From Octopus sinensis (taxonomy: Eukaryota), in contig NC_043024.1 of the NCBI RefSeq assembly GCF_006345805.1, forward strand, positions 5,952,001-6,016,000: DNA of 64,000 nucleotides, read 5' to 3'. Both the position numbers and the translations under genes were made by a program. How positions within the stretch are numbered: position 1 is the stretch's first letter; the number at the start of each line of letters is the position of its first letter. Under the pieces are notes generated by a model. It was not told where the DNA came from and did no database searches. It saw only the letters and a program-made list of their open reading frames with translations. Shown piece by piece: positions 50,341-62,438 of the stretch.

Positions 50341-50511
50341 TATTTACTTTATCCATCCGTCCATCTTATTTATCTGTCTGTCAGTCTGTCTGTCTGTCTG
50401 TGTTTCTGTCGTTCTATCCGTCTTTCCAATGAAACAATCAAAACTTCGAAAATTAATGGGAGAGAGGATGCCAGGTGAGGGTTATGTTAAACCGGACAAT
50501 GGATGAAGTCT

Positions 50512-50790
50512 TTTCTACTCTAGGCACAAAGCCCGAATTATTTGGGGGAGCGGGCCAGTCGATTAGATCGACCCCAGTACACAACTGGTACTTAATTCAT
50601 CGACCCCGAAAGGATAAAAGGCAAAGTCGACCTCGGCAGAATTTGAACTCAGAACTTAGCGGCAGACTAAATACCTATTTCTTTACTCCCCACAAGGGGC
50701 TAAACACAGAGGGGACAAACAAGGACAGACAAACGGATTAAGTCGATTATATCGACACCAGTGTTTCACTGGTACTTAATTTATCGCAGT
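50512..50790 (-). mobile_element. SINE family B body units, fused to a SINE A tail
   Basis: B body, then CAGTCAAATGACTGAAAC at ~50788. Confidence 0.8.
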
Positions 50791-51206
50791 CAAATGACTG
50801 AAACGAATAAAAGATTAAAAGAATTGCAAGATATTTTCGTCCTATTCTCTTAACGACTCGTCATCCCGTCGCCTGTCGGAGATGAGAAGACCTGTAATGT
50901 CTTTGTGACACGACAGGGAGACAGAAAACTCTAAGATTTCGTGAGTGGCAGCTACCCTGATTGCCAAGAGTGTGAGCGTGCAGAGGGGAGGGGGGGAAAC
51001 AGAAAAAGATCTCAAATTTCTGGATAATAGACCTTATCAGAGATGAGTGGGTATATTATACACGGAGATTATTATTACGATATGACACTTAGGAGTCCCT
51101 TATCGTTGTTGTTCGGGCGCTGATCCGGTAGACAGAGATGCGATGAAGCTTATTCCAGCCACGACCGTCTGTCTAAACACTCACACACACACACACACAC
51201 ACACAC

Positions 51207-51425
51207 ATGGCAGAATCGTTAGCACGTCGGGCGAAATGCGTAGCCGTATTTCGTCTCCCATTAAAGTTCTGAGTTCAAATTCCGCCGAGATCGACTTTGC
51301 CTTTCATCCTTTCGAGGTCGATAAATAAAGTACCAGTTTCGCACTGGGGTCGATGTAATCGACTTAATCCCTTTCTCTGACCTTGTTTGTCCCCTCTATG
51401 TTTAGCCCCTTGTGGACAATAAAGA
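51207..51425 (+). mobile_element. SINE family B
   Basis: TGGCAGAATCGTTAGC..GAGTTCAAATTCCGCCGAG. Confidence 0.92.
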
Positions 51426-51554
51426 AATATATATACGAGAGAGAGAGATTGAAATTCACGCCTCTTTATCCACTACGATCGCTTCGACGCACCATGCATC
51501 GGTACCTCGTAGGTGAGATGCTATACAAACAATTGTGGTGCACCATAGGTGCAA

Positions 51555-52040
51555 ACGGGGACGTAAACACACCAACATCGGTTGTAAAGCGATGGTGGGG
51601 GAACAAACAGACACACACACACACACATACACACATATATACGACGGGCTTCTTTCAGTTTCCGTCTTCCAGATCCACCCACAAGGCTTTTGTCGGCCTT
51701 TAATCGAGCAACTCGACCCCGGGACTTATTCTTTGTAAGCCCAGTACTTATTCTATCGGTCTCTTTTGCCGAACTGCTAAGTGACGGGGACATAAACACA
51801 CCAGCATCGGTTGTCAAGCACAGCTAGGGGGGCAAACGCAGACACACAAACATACACACACGCATATATATATACATATATACGACGGGCTTCTTTTAGT
51901 TTCCGTCTACCAACTCCACTCACAAGGCTTTGGTCGGCCCGAGGCTATAGTAGAAGACACTTGCCCAAGTGTCACGCAGAGGGACTGAACCCGGAACCAT
52001 GTGGTTGGGAAGCAAACTCTAACCACAGAGCCGCGCCTGC
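51555..52040 (-). mobile_element. SINE A fused dimer (partial plus near-full)
   Basis: Junction GTCGGCC|TTTAATCGAG at ~51697. Confidence 0.88.
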
Positions 52041-52066
52041 GTCCATATATGTATATATATGTGTGC

Positions 52067-52149
<83 letters not shown>

Positions 52150-52549
52150 CGCACACATACACACAGATAGTGGTCTGCATTATCTAATGTACCCCTGATT
52201 TGAAGGAAATGTGGCTGTTATTTCTACTAAGGTGGGCGACCTCGCTGACCCGCAACTTTTATCGTCTTCGTGGGGAGACGTCTTACGACGTGATGAGGAA
52301 AACAGAGAAAATAAAACTGTCTCCAGCTTCGATGTGATGGTCCTTATCAGGGGTGTATGGGTGGATATAAGTAATATGAATGGGTGTACTTATGATATGA
52401 AGGGTGGGATTTATAAATAGAAATCTGAAATTTAGAGATGGCAGCCCCTTTTTTGTAGAAATGGGGTCTATGTTGTGTTTATAATGATGTGAAATAGGGA
52501 AGAAGAAAAATGCGGAAAAAAATCTCAAATTTCAATTAATGGCCCTTAT

Positions 52550-53000
52550 CTGAAATTGGAAGGAAGGGAGGGAGGAAGGAAGGAAGGAAAAAATGAAATG
52601 AAGACAGAGAAGGAAAGAGAAAGAGAAAAGCGAAAAAAAGGAGAGTAAGAGATAAGGGGAAGAAAATAAGAAAGAAAGAAAGAAAAGAAAGAAGGACAAA
52701 GAATGAGAGAAAGAAAAGAGAAAGCAAGAAAGAAGCAGACAGAAAGGAAGGAAGGAAGGAAGAAAAAGAGAAAGCAAAGAAACTTAGAGAAGGGAAGAGA
52801 AAGAAAGAAAGAAGAGAGGGAGAAATGAGCAAAGAAAGAAAAAATATAGAAAAAAAGAAAAATAAAGATAAGAGAGGGGGAGAATGAAAAACGAAAAAGA
52901 AAGGAAAGAAAAAAGAAATAAAGTTGAAAAAAGAAAAGGAGAAAAAAGGAAAGAAAGAAAACGGAAAGAAACAAGAAAAAGAGAGGAGAGAAAAAAAGAG
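52550..53000. repeat. Polypurine (GAAA/GGAA) tract
   Basis: Directly visible. Confidence 0.9.
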
Positions 53001-53189
53001 GAATTGGGGGATGTTGTTTTTGAAATTCGAGAACTTTTTCCTTTTTTCTTCACGATAGACATGTCCCACGCTGGTTCCTTGTCACCATTTCTAACCCAAA
53101 CCTTAACTCGAAAAAACAACTTGTTAATCCCAAAAGATGCAAATGACTCTACCAAGGAATGGAAACCGTGTAGAATCACCACTACCTTC

Positions 53190-53224
<35 letters not shown>

Positions 53225-53579
53225 CCCCCAACCCTTAGAGGATGTCTTTACAAGGCCCCTCGGTCAGCTAGAAACAACAGCCGTCTTGAATATAAGGGAA
53301 AACGTACATATTTGATGATGTAATCTTACACATACCCAGAAATCGATGGAATGGACACGGCTAGAATGCCTCCAGTGGGTAGCCCTGGCCATAAGGTTGA
53401 ACTAGGGCTAAACAACAAACCACCTGAAGCAACCAAACAAGCCAATGCAGGATAGAGGTGGGGGGAGGAACTGTACGAGATTCGACATGCAAGAAATAGC
53501 AGCCAAATCCCCCCCACAAATCATATCCAACCGTGTCTTAAAGAATTTTCTTCACAAAATTGTCCAAGATAAATCTATG

Positions 53580-53870
53580 TTCTTTTTACTTGTTCCATTC
53601 GTTGGATTGCGGCAATGTTAAGGCACCGCCACTAGGTTATGAGAACGTTAACAAACCAACGACGGTTAACAAACCAACGACGGTTGTCAAGAGACGCGGA
53701 GACACACACACACTTGAATGGATTCCTCGCAGTTTGCATCTACCAAATTCACCCACACAGCATTGGTTGGCTTAGGGCTATAGTAGAAGACACTTGTCCA
53801 AGGTGCCACGCAGTGGGACTGAACCCGGAACCATGTGGTAAAGAACCAAACTTCATTACCACTCAGCTAT
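53580..53870 (-). mobile_element. SINE family A, diverged, with an 18-bp tandem duplication at 53647-53682
   Basis: GTTAACAAACCAACGACG x2. Confidence 0.8.
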
Positions 53871-54429
53871 AAAAAAAAAGACAGGATAGATATGGCCGGG
53901 ATGCTTTTGACCATTCGGTCATTAAGCCTCTGGCCAATATGCCGCGTGAATTGTATCGATATATCACAAGCCCTACCTGCCAGGGGCCCCAAGGCAAGTG
54001 CTCGGTCGCAAAGTGATCACAATAAGCGGCTTTCATTGCATACATATAAAACATTCTCCGTATGTATGTATAAATGTATGTGCCTTTGTGTCTGTGTTTG
54101 ACAACCGGTGTTGGTGCCGTTATGTCCCCGTAACTTAGCGTTTCAGCTAAAGAGACAGACAGAATAAGTACTAGGCTTAGAAATTAAGTACTGGCGTTGA
54201 TTTGTTCGACTAAAACCCTGCAAGGCGGTGCTCCAGCATGGCCGCAGTCAAATGACAAACAAGTAAAAGAATATTTATATAAAGTAAAGGCTATTTCGAA
54301 CAAGCTGTCCCTGTTCGTAAATACAAAAACACAGATATTGTGTCGTATAGCCAGCTGGAAGCGACGTTTCCTGGGGTTAAACAACAGTAACATTCGTCCC
54401 ATCTAGGACTGCCACACTACTTTAAACAA

Positions 54430-54955
54430 GGTATTTCGGTATTTCGTCTGCTGTTACGTTCTGAGTTTAAATTCCGCCAAGGTCGACTTTGCCTTTCATC
54501 CTTTCGAGGTCGATAAATTAAGTACCAGTTACGCACTGGGGTCGATGTAATCGACTTAATACCTATGTCTGTCCTTGTTTGTCCCCTCTATGTTTAGCCC
54601 CTTGTGGGTAATAAAGAAATAGGTATTTCGTCTGCCGCTACGTTCTGTGTTCAAATTCCGCCGAGGTCGACTTTGCCTTTCATCCTTTCGGGGTCGATAA
54701 ATTAAGTACCAGTTGCGAACTGGTGTCAATGTAATCGACTTGATCCGTTTGTCCTCTCTGTGGGTAGTACTACTTGTGGGTAGTAAAGAAATAGGTATTT
54801 CGTTTGTCTTTACGTTCTGAGTTCAAATTCCGCCGAGGTCGACTTTGCCTTTCATCCTTTCGGGGTCGATAAATTAAGCACCAGTTGCGTACTGGGGTCG
54901 ATATAATCGACTGACCCCCTCTCCCAAAATTTCGGGCCTTGTGCCTAGAGCAGAA
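54430..54955 (+). mobile_element. SINE family B, headless trimer of body units
   Basis: GGTATTTCGT restarts at ~54436, 54622 and 54793; ends with CCCAAAATTTCGGGCCTTGTGCCTAG. Confidence 0.9.
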
Positions 54956-55754
54956 ACGCCTTTACTTTAAAGAACTGTTACTGAACATCTACGAGAGAAT
55001 TAGAAATAATATTTATACACACACCACACACACACACACTTATTACATAGAAGATAAAGGAAAGACCAGATAAGAAATACGTGGGTTTGTTTTTTTTTCC
55101 TAGTTTCATTTTCTCATTTGTAGTATATCATTTTCTTTGTTTTGTTTTGTTGGTGCTGATTTCGTGAAAGGATCCTGTGTCAGTAAATTGGTCCCTTAAT
55201 TGAGTAGTAATTACATCAACAATTGCCAGTTGAAGGGGGCAGAGGGCAGAGAGAGAAAGAGAGAGAGAAGAGAGGAATAATATAACGGAATAGCGTGAAC
55301 TGAAACTCAACGACATGTCTAGTTTTCCTTTTGATTGCTTTAGGAAGTGTGTGTTTGTGTCGTACGTTTGGGTTTGCAGCAGATAATCTTTCGGTTTACG
55401 ATCACAGATTGGAAAGCGGAAAATTATCCTCAGCAGGAATGGCTATACGGTTGAGAAGTCTCGCTTTTGTAGTCACGTCGTTTCTTGAGTTGGAAAGATT
55501 TAGGAAAATAAAATAAAATTGGCCATTCGTTTACTAAAGGGTCCTTCGTCTGGCTCTAAACAGGGAAAGGAGACACCTATATATCACAGATCCACGCCTA
55601 CAAACAAGCCATCCATGCCCAACACCCTCTGATGTGGCCAGTTGATGTCACAATAACTAGATTCTTTATCAACATCTCAGAATGAATGAAGGATTTTGGT
55701 GGTTCCCGGGACAATTCTGAGAGAGAGAGAGTGTGTGAGTGTGTGTGTATGTGT

Positions 55755-55965
55755 ACTCTTTTACTTGTTTCAGTCATTTGAATGCGGCCATGCTGGAGCA
55801 CCGCCTTTAATCGAGCAACTCGACCCCGGGACTTATTCTTTGTAAGCCCAGTACTTATTCTATCGGTCTCTTTTGCCGAACCGTTAAGTGACGGGGACAT
55901 AAACACACCAGCATCGGTTGTCAAGCAATGCTAGGGGCACAAACGCAGACACACAAACACACACA

Positions 55966-56005
<40 letters not shown>

Positions 56006-56172
56006 TACGACGGGCTTCTTTCAGTTTCCTTCTACCAAATCCACTCACAAAGCTTTGGTCGGCCCGAGGCTATAGTAGAAGACACTTGCCCAAGATGCCA
56101 CGCAGTGGGACTGAACCCGGAACCATGTGGTTGGTAAACAAGCTACTTACCACACAGCCACTCCTGCGCCTG
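55755..56172 (-). mobile_element. SINE family A, full length
   Basis: Reverse consensus match. Confidence 0.95.
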
Positions 56173-56266
56173 TGTATGAGTATAATTCTGAGAAAATAGG
56201 TAGTATGTGAATGTGTGTTAGTGTATCTATGTTTCAGCGTGTGTGTGTGCGTGTGGAAGACAGTGA

Positions 56267-56300
<34 letters not shown>

Positions 56301-56790
56301 TGCGTTTGCGAGCATGCAACAGAGAACGTGAGAAACTTGTTTGTAGTTTCATGTATGAGTAGACACAGAAAAAGTTTTTAAAATGAGAGACAGAGAGAGA
56401 GAGGTGGGGGAAGAGAATGTGTGTCTGTGTGTGTGTTTATGGAAGTGGGAGTGCTAAAAGGAACTTGTTTATAAGTGTGCGTATGAAAGAAAAGACTTTG
56501 AGAATATGTGTATGAGAAGTGAGAGGGAAGTGTGTAAGAAGGGAGGGAAAGAGAGAGAGAGAGAGAGAGAGCTGTGTATGAGTGGAAAGAAAGATGTGTG
56601 TGTGTGTGTAAAAAGAATTACTGTGAGCACACGGATATAAAAAGCGAAAAATTGATAAGTTGGTCTTCATATGGGGAAAGGAAAAAAAAACATTTGAAGT
56701 GTGAGAGTGTTAAGATAGGAAGACTATAATGTCTGTGTGTTTGTGAGTGTGGAGAGACAGACAGACAGAATGTATGTGTCTGTAATGATG

Positions 56791-56844
<54 letters not shown>

Positions 56845-57075
56845 GTGTGTGTGTGTGTGTACTTGTGTGTAAAGATAACAGTAAGAGTGTGTGAGTGTAA
56901 AGATAAGAACAAGTGTGTGCGTGCGTAGATTAAAATATTTAAAAACTATGTGAAAAGAGAAGGTATGTCTAAGTTAAAATATGTGAATATGTACGAATGT
57001 GTGTGTGTGTGTGTATGTGTGTGAATACAGCTATATGAAGAGTTTGTATGTGTGTGTGTGTGTGTGTGTGTGTAT

Positions 57076-57106
<31 letters not shown>

Positions 57107-57223
57107 CCCTAAGATGTAGGGAAATTAAAAATACACGATGAATGTATTATCAGCTGGTCAATGCTGATGGTATGTACATTACGTATATACACATACACAC
57201 GGGTGTGAGTATCTATATATGTG

Positions 57224-57254
<31 letters not shown>

Positions 57255-57759
57255 TTGTTTATACACACGCAGATGTGTTTATCTATATATGTATGTTTGC
57301 TTAGTTTGTTTTTAGATAATTGTAGCTAAGGCCAGACTGGAGTGCCTCCTCCAGTTTGTATGTGAAGTTATATGTTTGTGTCAGTTTAGAAACAGACAAA
57401 AAAGTCTTCGTAAACAGAATTCTGGTTTGAGTGAGATTAAGAGAAAATTTATCGTTTAGCTCGAGTTTTACTGATCTACGAGTGTTAACAAAAGACATTC
57501 CAGCCTTAACCACCCCACCTATACTTTTCAGTTTTATCTTTTTGTTTAGGCGTAAGTGAATATTAGGACAACATTGTCCATCGTGTATTTCTTTATCAAG
57601 ACTGTGTGATTTGAAGGGGATTCAGCTGCTATTTCTAGCACACCCAGTGATTAGGCAGAAACACTCTTGTCGAGAGAGAGAGAGGAGACAGACAGACAAA
57701 CAGACAGAGCGCACGCGCAAAAGAGGGAAGAGAGGAGTGGGGGTAGGTTAAGATCGTAC

Positions 57760-57795
57760 GATTTCTTGAGAACCGGCGAAGAAATTTTGGTTTTT
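57760..57795 (-). CDS. Candidate 36-nt phase 1-1 micro-exon (E)KPKFLRRFSRN
   Basis: Strong acceptor tctctatttcttactcatttacttccgtaccatcgcag and donor ATC|gtacga; in frame with the 61511 phase-1 donor. Confidence 0.42.
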
Positions 57796-58174
57796 CTGCG
57801 ATGGTACGGAAGTAAATGAGTAAGAAATAGAGACGACCCCACCCGACCCAACGAAGGATTGACTCTGGGCTTGCCATGGCAAACTTATGGCACTCCGAGT
57901 TTTCTTCTAGACTCCTTTAGGACCTATTATCATCAAAGTCCTGAGTAATGTTGAGAAAATATTTCAAAACTTTCTTAAAATTTCACTGAAGTTTAATTCC
58001 CTAATCTTTGGGTCTACCTTTCTTCACCACTTACCCCTCTTTCTCTTTCACTCATTCTCTCCGAATTAGTCATAAACTAAACCTACAGTTTAAGGCCCCC
58101 ACAGTCTACAAGAGAGTTCCCTTCAAAATAATTAAGGGGCATCTATGTTTGTTTTAATTATTGTTTTATTTTTT

Positions 58175-58720
58175 ATTTGTTTCATGCTGGGGCACCCCAC
58201 TGAAGAGTTTAATCGAACAAATTGACTTTTTTTCCCCCTAAGTCTGGTGTTTATTGTATCGGTGACTTTTTGTTGGACAGCTAAGTTACGGACACAAACA
58301 CACCAACACCAGTTGTCAAACGGTGGTGGAGATCAGACAAAGTTTTCACGCATACACACAAACACACGACGGGCTTCTTTCAGTTTCCTTCTACCAACTC
58401 ACAAGGATTTAGTCGGCCCAAGGCTACATAGAAGACGCCCAAGGTGCTACCAGAGCCGGATTTACCATTGTGCTTAAGCACAGGGCCTTGTTGACCAGGG
58501 GCAGGCATCTTCTTGCCCCTACAGCCAATTTTTCGCGATGAATTTCTCAAATATCAAACGTTTAAATGTTTTTCCTAAAAGTTACAAAAGTGAAATTACT
58601 AATGTGAACGTTTTTACACGTTATCTTTTAACATAAAGGAGTCAAGTAGGGTCCTCATTTGTCCTAAATACGGACTGAACCCGGAACTATGTGGTTGAAA
58701 AACCAGCTTCTTACCTCACC
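58175..58720 (-). mobile_element. SINE family A interrupted by a CAGAGCCGGATTTA-type MITE (~58451-58677)
   Basis: SINE text stops at CCAAGGTGCTAC and resumes at GGACTGAACCCGG; insert ends TAAATACGGACTG. Confidence 0.65.
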
Positions 58721-59326
58721 GCTAGGGTGGCCCGCTATTATTAATTTTTTTTATTAAAGTGGACAATAATAGAGGAAGAAGTCCTACAAGTTACACAGAA
58801 AGAAGCTGAAGGTTGCCTTAAATCGAAGACCAAGCAAGAGAGTCTCCATAACAAATATTTTAGTATACATGGTGGTTGTTTTTGCACTAAAAATCGTTAT
58901 CTGTGAAATTGTCATTTTAGTTTTTTCATAAGGCTGGTAAGCCTACTTTACGCGGTCGGTGGATTTGCTAGAAATAGTAGCCAAATCTCCCTTCAAGTCA
59001 CAAACCTACTGTTCCAAAAGTAAATAGCTACGTTTATAAAGAAAATGGGGTGATAAATTTGACAATGTATTCCTAAGATACATCACGTCCTGAGAAGATA
59101 AAACGAACGAATGGTCACGGTTGGAACGCGTTTGATTAACAACAAAAGAAAGGAGGAAAGTTACAGTAGTTAAATGTGGTCCTTGAATTTATATTGTCCG
59201 AAAAAAATACTGTTCCTAGTTTTTACCCGGGTAATCCGGTTTCAATTCTCGACATGAAAACGCAGTATTTTTAAATGGTGGGACGCGAGGATGGTCACAA
59301 CTTTTGGGCCGGAACACATAAAGGAG

Positions 59327-59442
59327 CAATTTTTCGGTATTAGTAGACGACGTCATTCACCCATACAACGCTCCTTTATGACACAAAGAAGCTAAGCTGA
59401 AAAAGAGAGTGAATGACGTCATCTACCAATACCGAAAGATTG
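59327..59442. repeat. 34-bp inverted repeat (3 mismatches) with 48-bp spacer; MITE-like
   Basis: CAATTTTTCGGTATTAGTAGACGACGTCATTCAC / GTGAATGACGTCATCTACCAATACCGAAAGATTG. Confidence 0.85.
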
Positions 59443-59480
59443 TCCTGAAAGGAGTAAATAAGAATGGGATGTTCATAATG

Positions 59481-59514
59481 TGGAATCCCTTTGATAATGA
59501 TCAAAGGGATTCCA
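59481..59514. repeat. Perfect 15-bp hairpin with 4-nt loop
   Basis: TGGAATCCCTTTGAT-AATG-ATCAAAGGGATTCCA. Confidence 0.9.
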
Positions 59515-59984
59515 TGCTCAAAACACAGCTGTCGAGTTAATTAGGGATGACTAGGAAGCTGAACAACAAGAAGGGGTCACGAACATCGAATAGAATATCT
59601 TACAGGGGTTAGAAAGGTGCTTAAACTCACATACACAAATACAATATATTATAGAATCAGCTCATCTATGACAGAAAGCGCTCCAGTCGCGACACCCACG
59701 TCTGTTCGTATATCAATTATTATGTTATTTTTGTTGTTAGAGAAACATCTTGTCTTTTCAGTATAATTCCAGTCCCATCTCGAATGGTTTACGGGAAGTA
59801 TGAAATCGACCCCTCATTAACTAAACTGTTGTTTTATTTCAAGCAAACCCAGAGGGAGGTTTGGTAAAGTTTACCTTGGTGTGATTTTAATTAAGAACTC
59901 CAAGAATCGCAAGTTCCACAGGCATGTAAAATACTCTATAGGAATATTATATTAACTCTTCTGAATTTATTGCCTACAGGGGGC

Positions 59985-60375
59985 GAAACATAGAGGGGAC
60001 AAAAAAGGACAGATGAAGGGATTAAGTCGATTATATCGACCCCAGTGCGTAACTGATACTTATTTAATCGACCCCTGAAAGGATGAAAGGCAAAGTCGAC
60101 CTCGGCGGAATTTGAACTCAGAACGTAGCGGCAGATGAAATACCTATTTCTTTATTACCCACAAGGGGCTAAACACAGAGGGGACAAACAAGGACAGACA
60201 AAGGCATTAAGTCGATTATATCGACGCCAATGCGTAACTGGTTCTTAATTTATCGACCCCGAAAAGATGAAAGGCAAAGTTGACCTCGGTGGAATTTGAA
60301 CTCAGAACGTAGCGACAGACGAAATACCGCTAAGCATTTCGCCCGGCGTGCTAACCATTCTGCCAGCTCGCCGCC
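59985..60375 (-). mobile_element. SINE family B with duplicated body
   Basis: Two body units; head (reverse of GGCGGCGAGCTGGCAGAATGG) at ~60372. Confidence 0.92.
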
Positions 60376-61510
60376 CTTCTAAACTGGTATATTGTTGTTA
60401 TGCGTTCACCAACTTTACATTTTGAGTTCTTCGACTTTACTTTGCCTTTCATTCTTTCGAGATCGATAAAATAAGAATCAGTTAAGCACTGAGGTCGGTT
60501 TAATTGACCCTACAAAAACTTCAGGATTTGTGTCAGTAAGGGAAAGTATTATATACAACCCCCAGAGGGAGGATAAGCAAGAAAAGTTTACCTCGATATG
60601 ATTCGAACTCAGATTGTGAAGCTTCTTAAATTCTAATCACATCTAAGATTCTTTTATAGGAAATATTGTAGGTTCCATTTAGAACCCCGAAAGCATATTA
60701 AACTCGAACCTTCACTACTTAGCGAGTACTTTATTGTTTTTTCAATCCCGGAAGAGAAGGGATGGCCAAAAAGCAAAATGTTTAATATGGGCGAGATTTG
60801 AACTCAGAACTTGACGAAATACTATAATGAAATACCACAAAGCATCCTAACGATTCTGCCAGGATTTCGGCTGCTATTTCTAGCACATGGACTAACCACA
60901 TAGAGGCACCATCGTTAACACGTAAAGTTGTTGTTTAGCCACAGGTCGACTCTGACCGATAACGTCTATAATAAAAAGGTAATCCATCCATGACCATCCT
61001 TCCTTGGTGGAATTTTGGCATAGCTGTCCTTCGAAGTCCCTCATCTCATGGGAAAGGAAAAGTAAAGGGGAAGCTTCCGTACAAAAGTATTCCTGTATTT
61101 CATACAACGGAAATCCTAATTCCAAGAATATTTTTCCCAAAACTTAATATTTTTTTTTTTACATTTTTGGGTCCCCCCCCCCTTCCGTACTCTTTTCCTT
61201 TCCCATGAAAGTATGGGACTTCGAATAACACCTATTTTTAAAAAACACCACTTCTTAACAGGAACAAAAATGACATCAACAAAACCTATCCCTCTCTTTG
61301 AAGACGGTAAAGTGTAATTTGAGGGAGATTTGACTGTTATTTCTAGTAAATCAAGCGACCGAGTAGAGACATCAATACTGGTTATGTAGCAACGTAGCAT
61401 CAGAGAAATTTTGTTGAGTAAAGAATTTGGTTCCAGAGACGAAGAGGGAAAAAGAAAGAAGGGCGATGAAAGTAAAGGTTTATTTAAAAAAGAAATTAAA
61501 TGCAACAAAC

Positions 61511-61595
61511 CTGGACTGATATTCTGTCCAAATATTCCAGAAAGAAATAAAATAAAGTAGAGTAATATCCAAAATCCGTCACGTTTTGCGACCAT
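61511..61595 (-). CDS. Candidate first coding exon: signal peptide MVAKRDGFWILLYFILFLSGIFG-QNISP, phase-1 donor
   Basis: Kozak-like gcAGCATGG; n/h/c-region signal-peptide pattern with G|Q cleavage; donor CCAG|gtttgt followed by T-rich intron-like sequence. Confidence 0.55.
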
Positions 61596-61783
61596 GCTGC
61601 TAATAATACACACGAAGTTCTTCGTTCCGAAATCTCTCTCTCTTACTGTTTGTGTCTATGTGAGAGCAACGTGCGCGCGTGTGTATATATCCTATGTGTG
61701 TCGGTGGTTGTGTGTGTGCGCATGTGTGGCGCTACAACAGAAAGAGGTCGTGTTGCGCCTGCGTGTGTGTGGAGTCAACAACC

Positions 61784-61814
<31 letters not shown>

Positions 61815-61960
61815 TGTTTGTGGGTGTGTTGTGCGTGCTTGTAGGTGGTTGTGTGTGTTTTGCGCGTGTGTGGTTGTGTATGGATGGGTGTGATTTCTTT
61901 TAACATTGAACTTACGTAGATTTCAATATTCAGTTTATTATATAACATACATACATACAT

Positions 61961-61992
<32 letters not shown>

Positions 61993-62013
61993 CACACACA
62001 CACATCATATATC

Positions 62014-62044
<31 letters not shown>

Positions 62045-62383
62045 GTGTGTGTGTGTGTGTGTGATGTATGTATGTATGTATATATATATATATATATATA
62101 TTCACACACGGATACATACATCAGCGTTAACTCTACACTCTGTGTGTGTATGTATATATGTATGTTTATATATATATATATATATATGTTTATGTGTATA
62201 TTTATATATATATATATATATGCAGAGAGAGAGAAAAACAAGAAAGAAGCGATGTATAGATAGATAGAAAAATAGATACAAATAGACAAATAGATAGATA
62301 GATAGCTAGATAGATAGATAGATTGACAGACGGATAGAGAGAGAGAGAGAGATGGATAGAGAGAGCGGGGTAGAAAGAGATGG

Positions 62384-62438
<55 letters not shown>

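Noticed and set aside
61205-61307. Plus-strand exon candidate MGLRITPIFKKHHFLTGTKMTSTKPIPLFED
   Set aside because: Has plausible splice sites but no partner exon and overlaps the better minus-strand model; not excluded.
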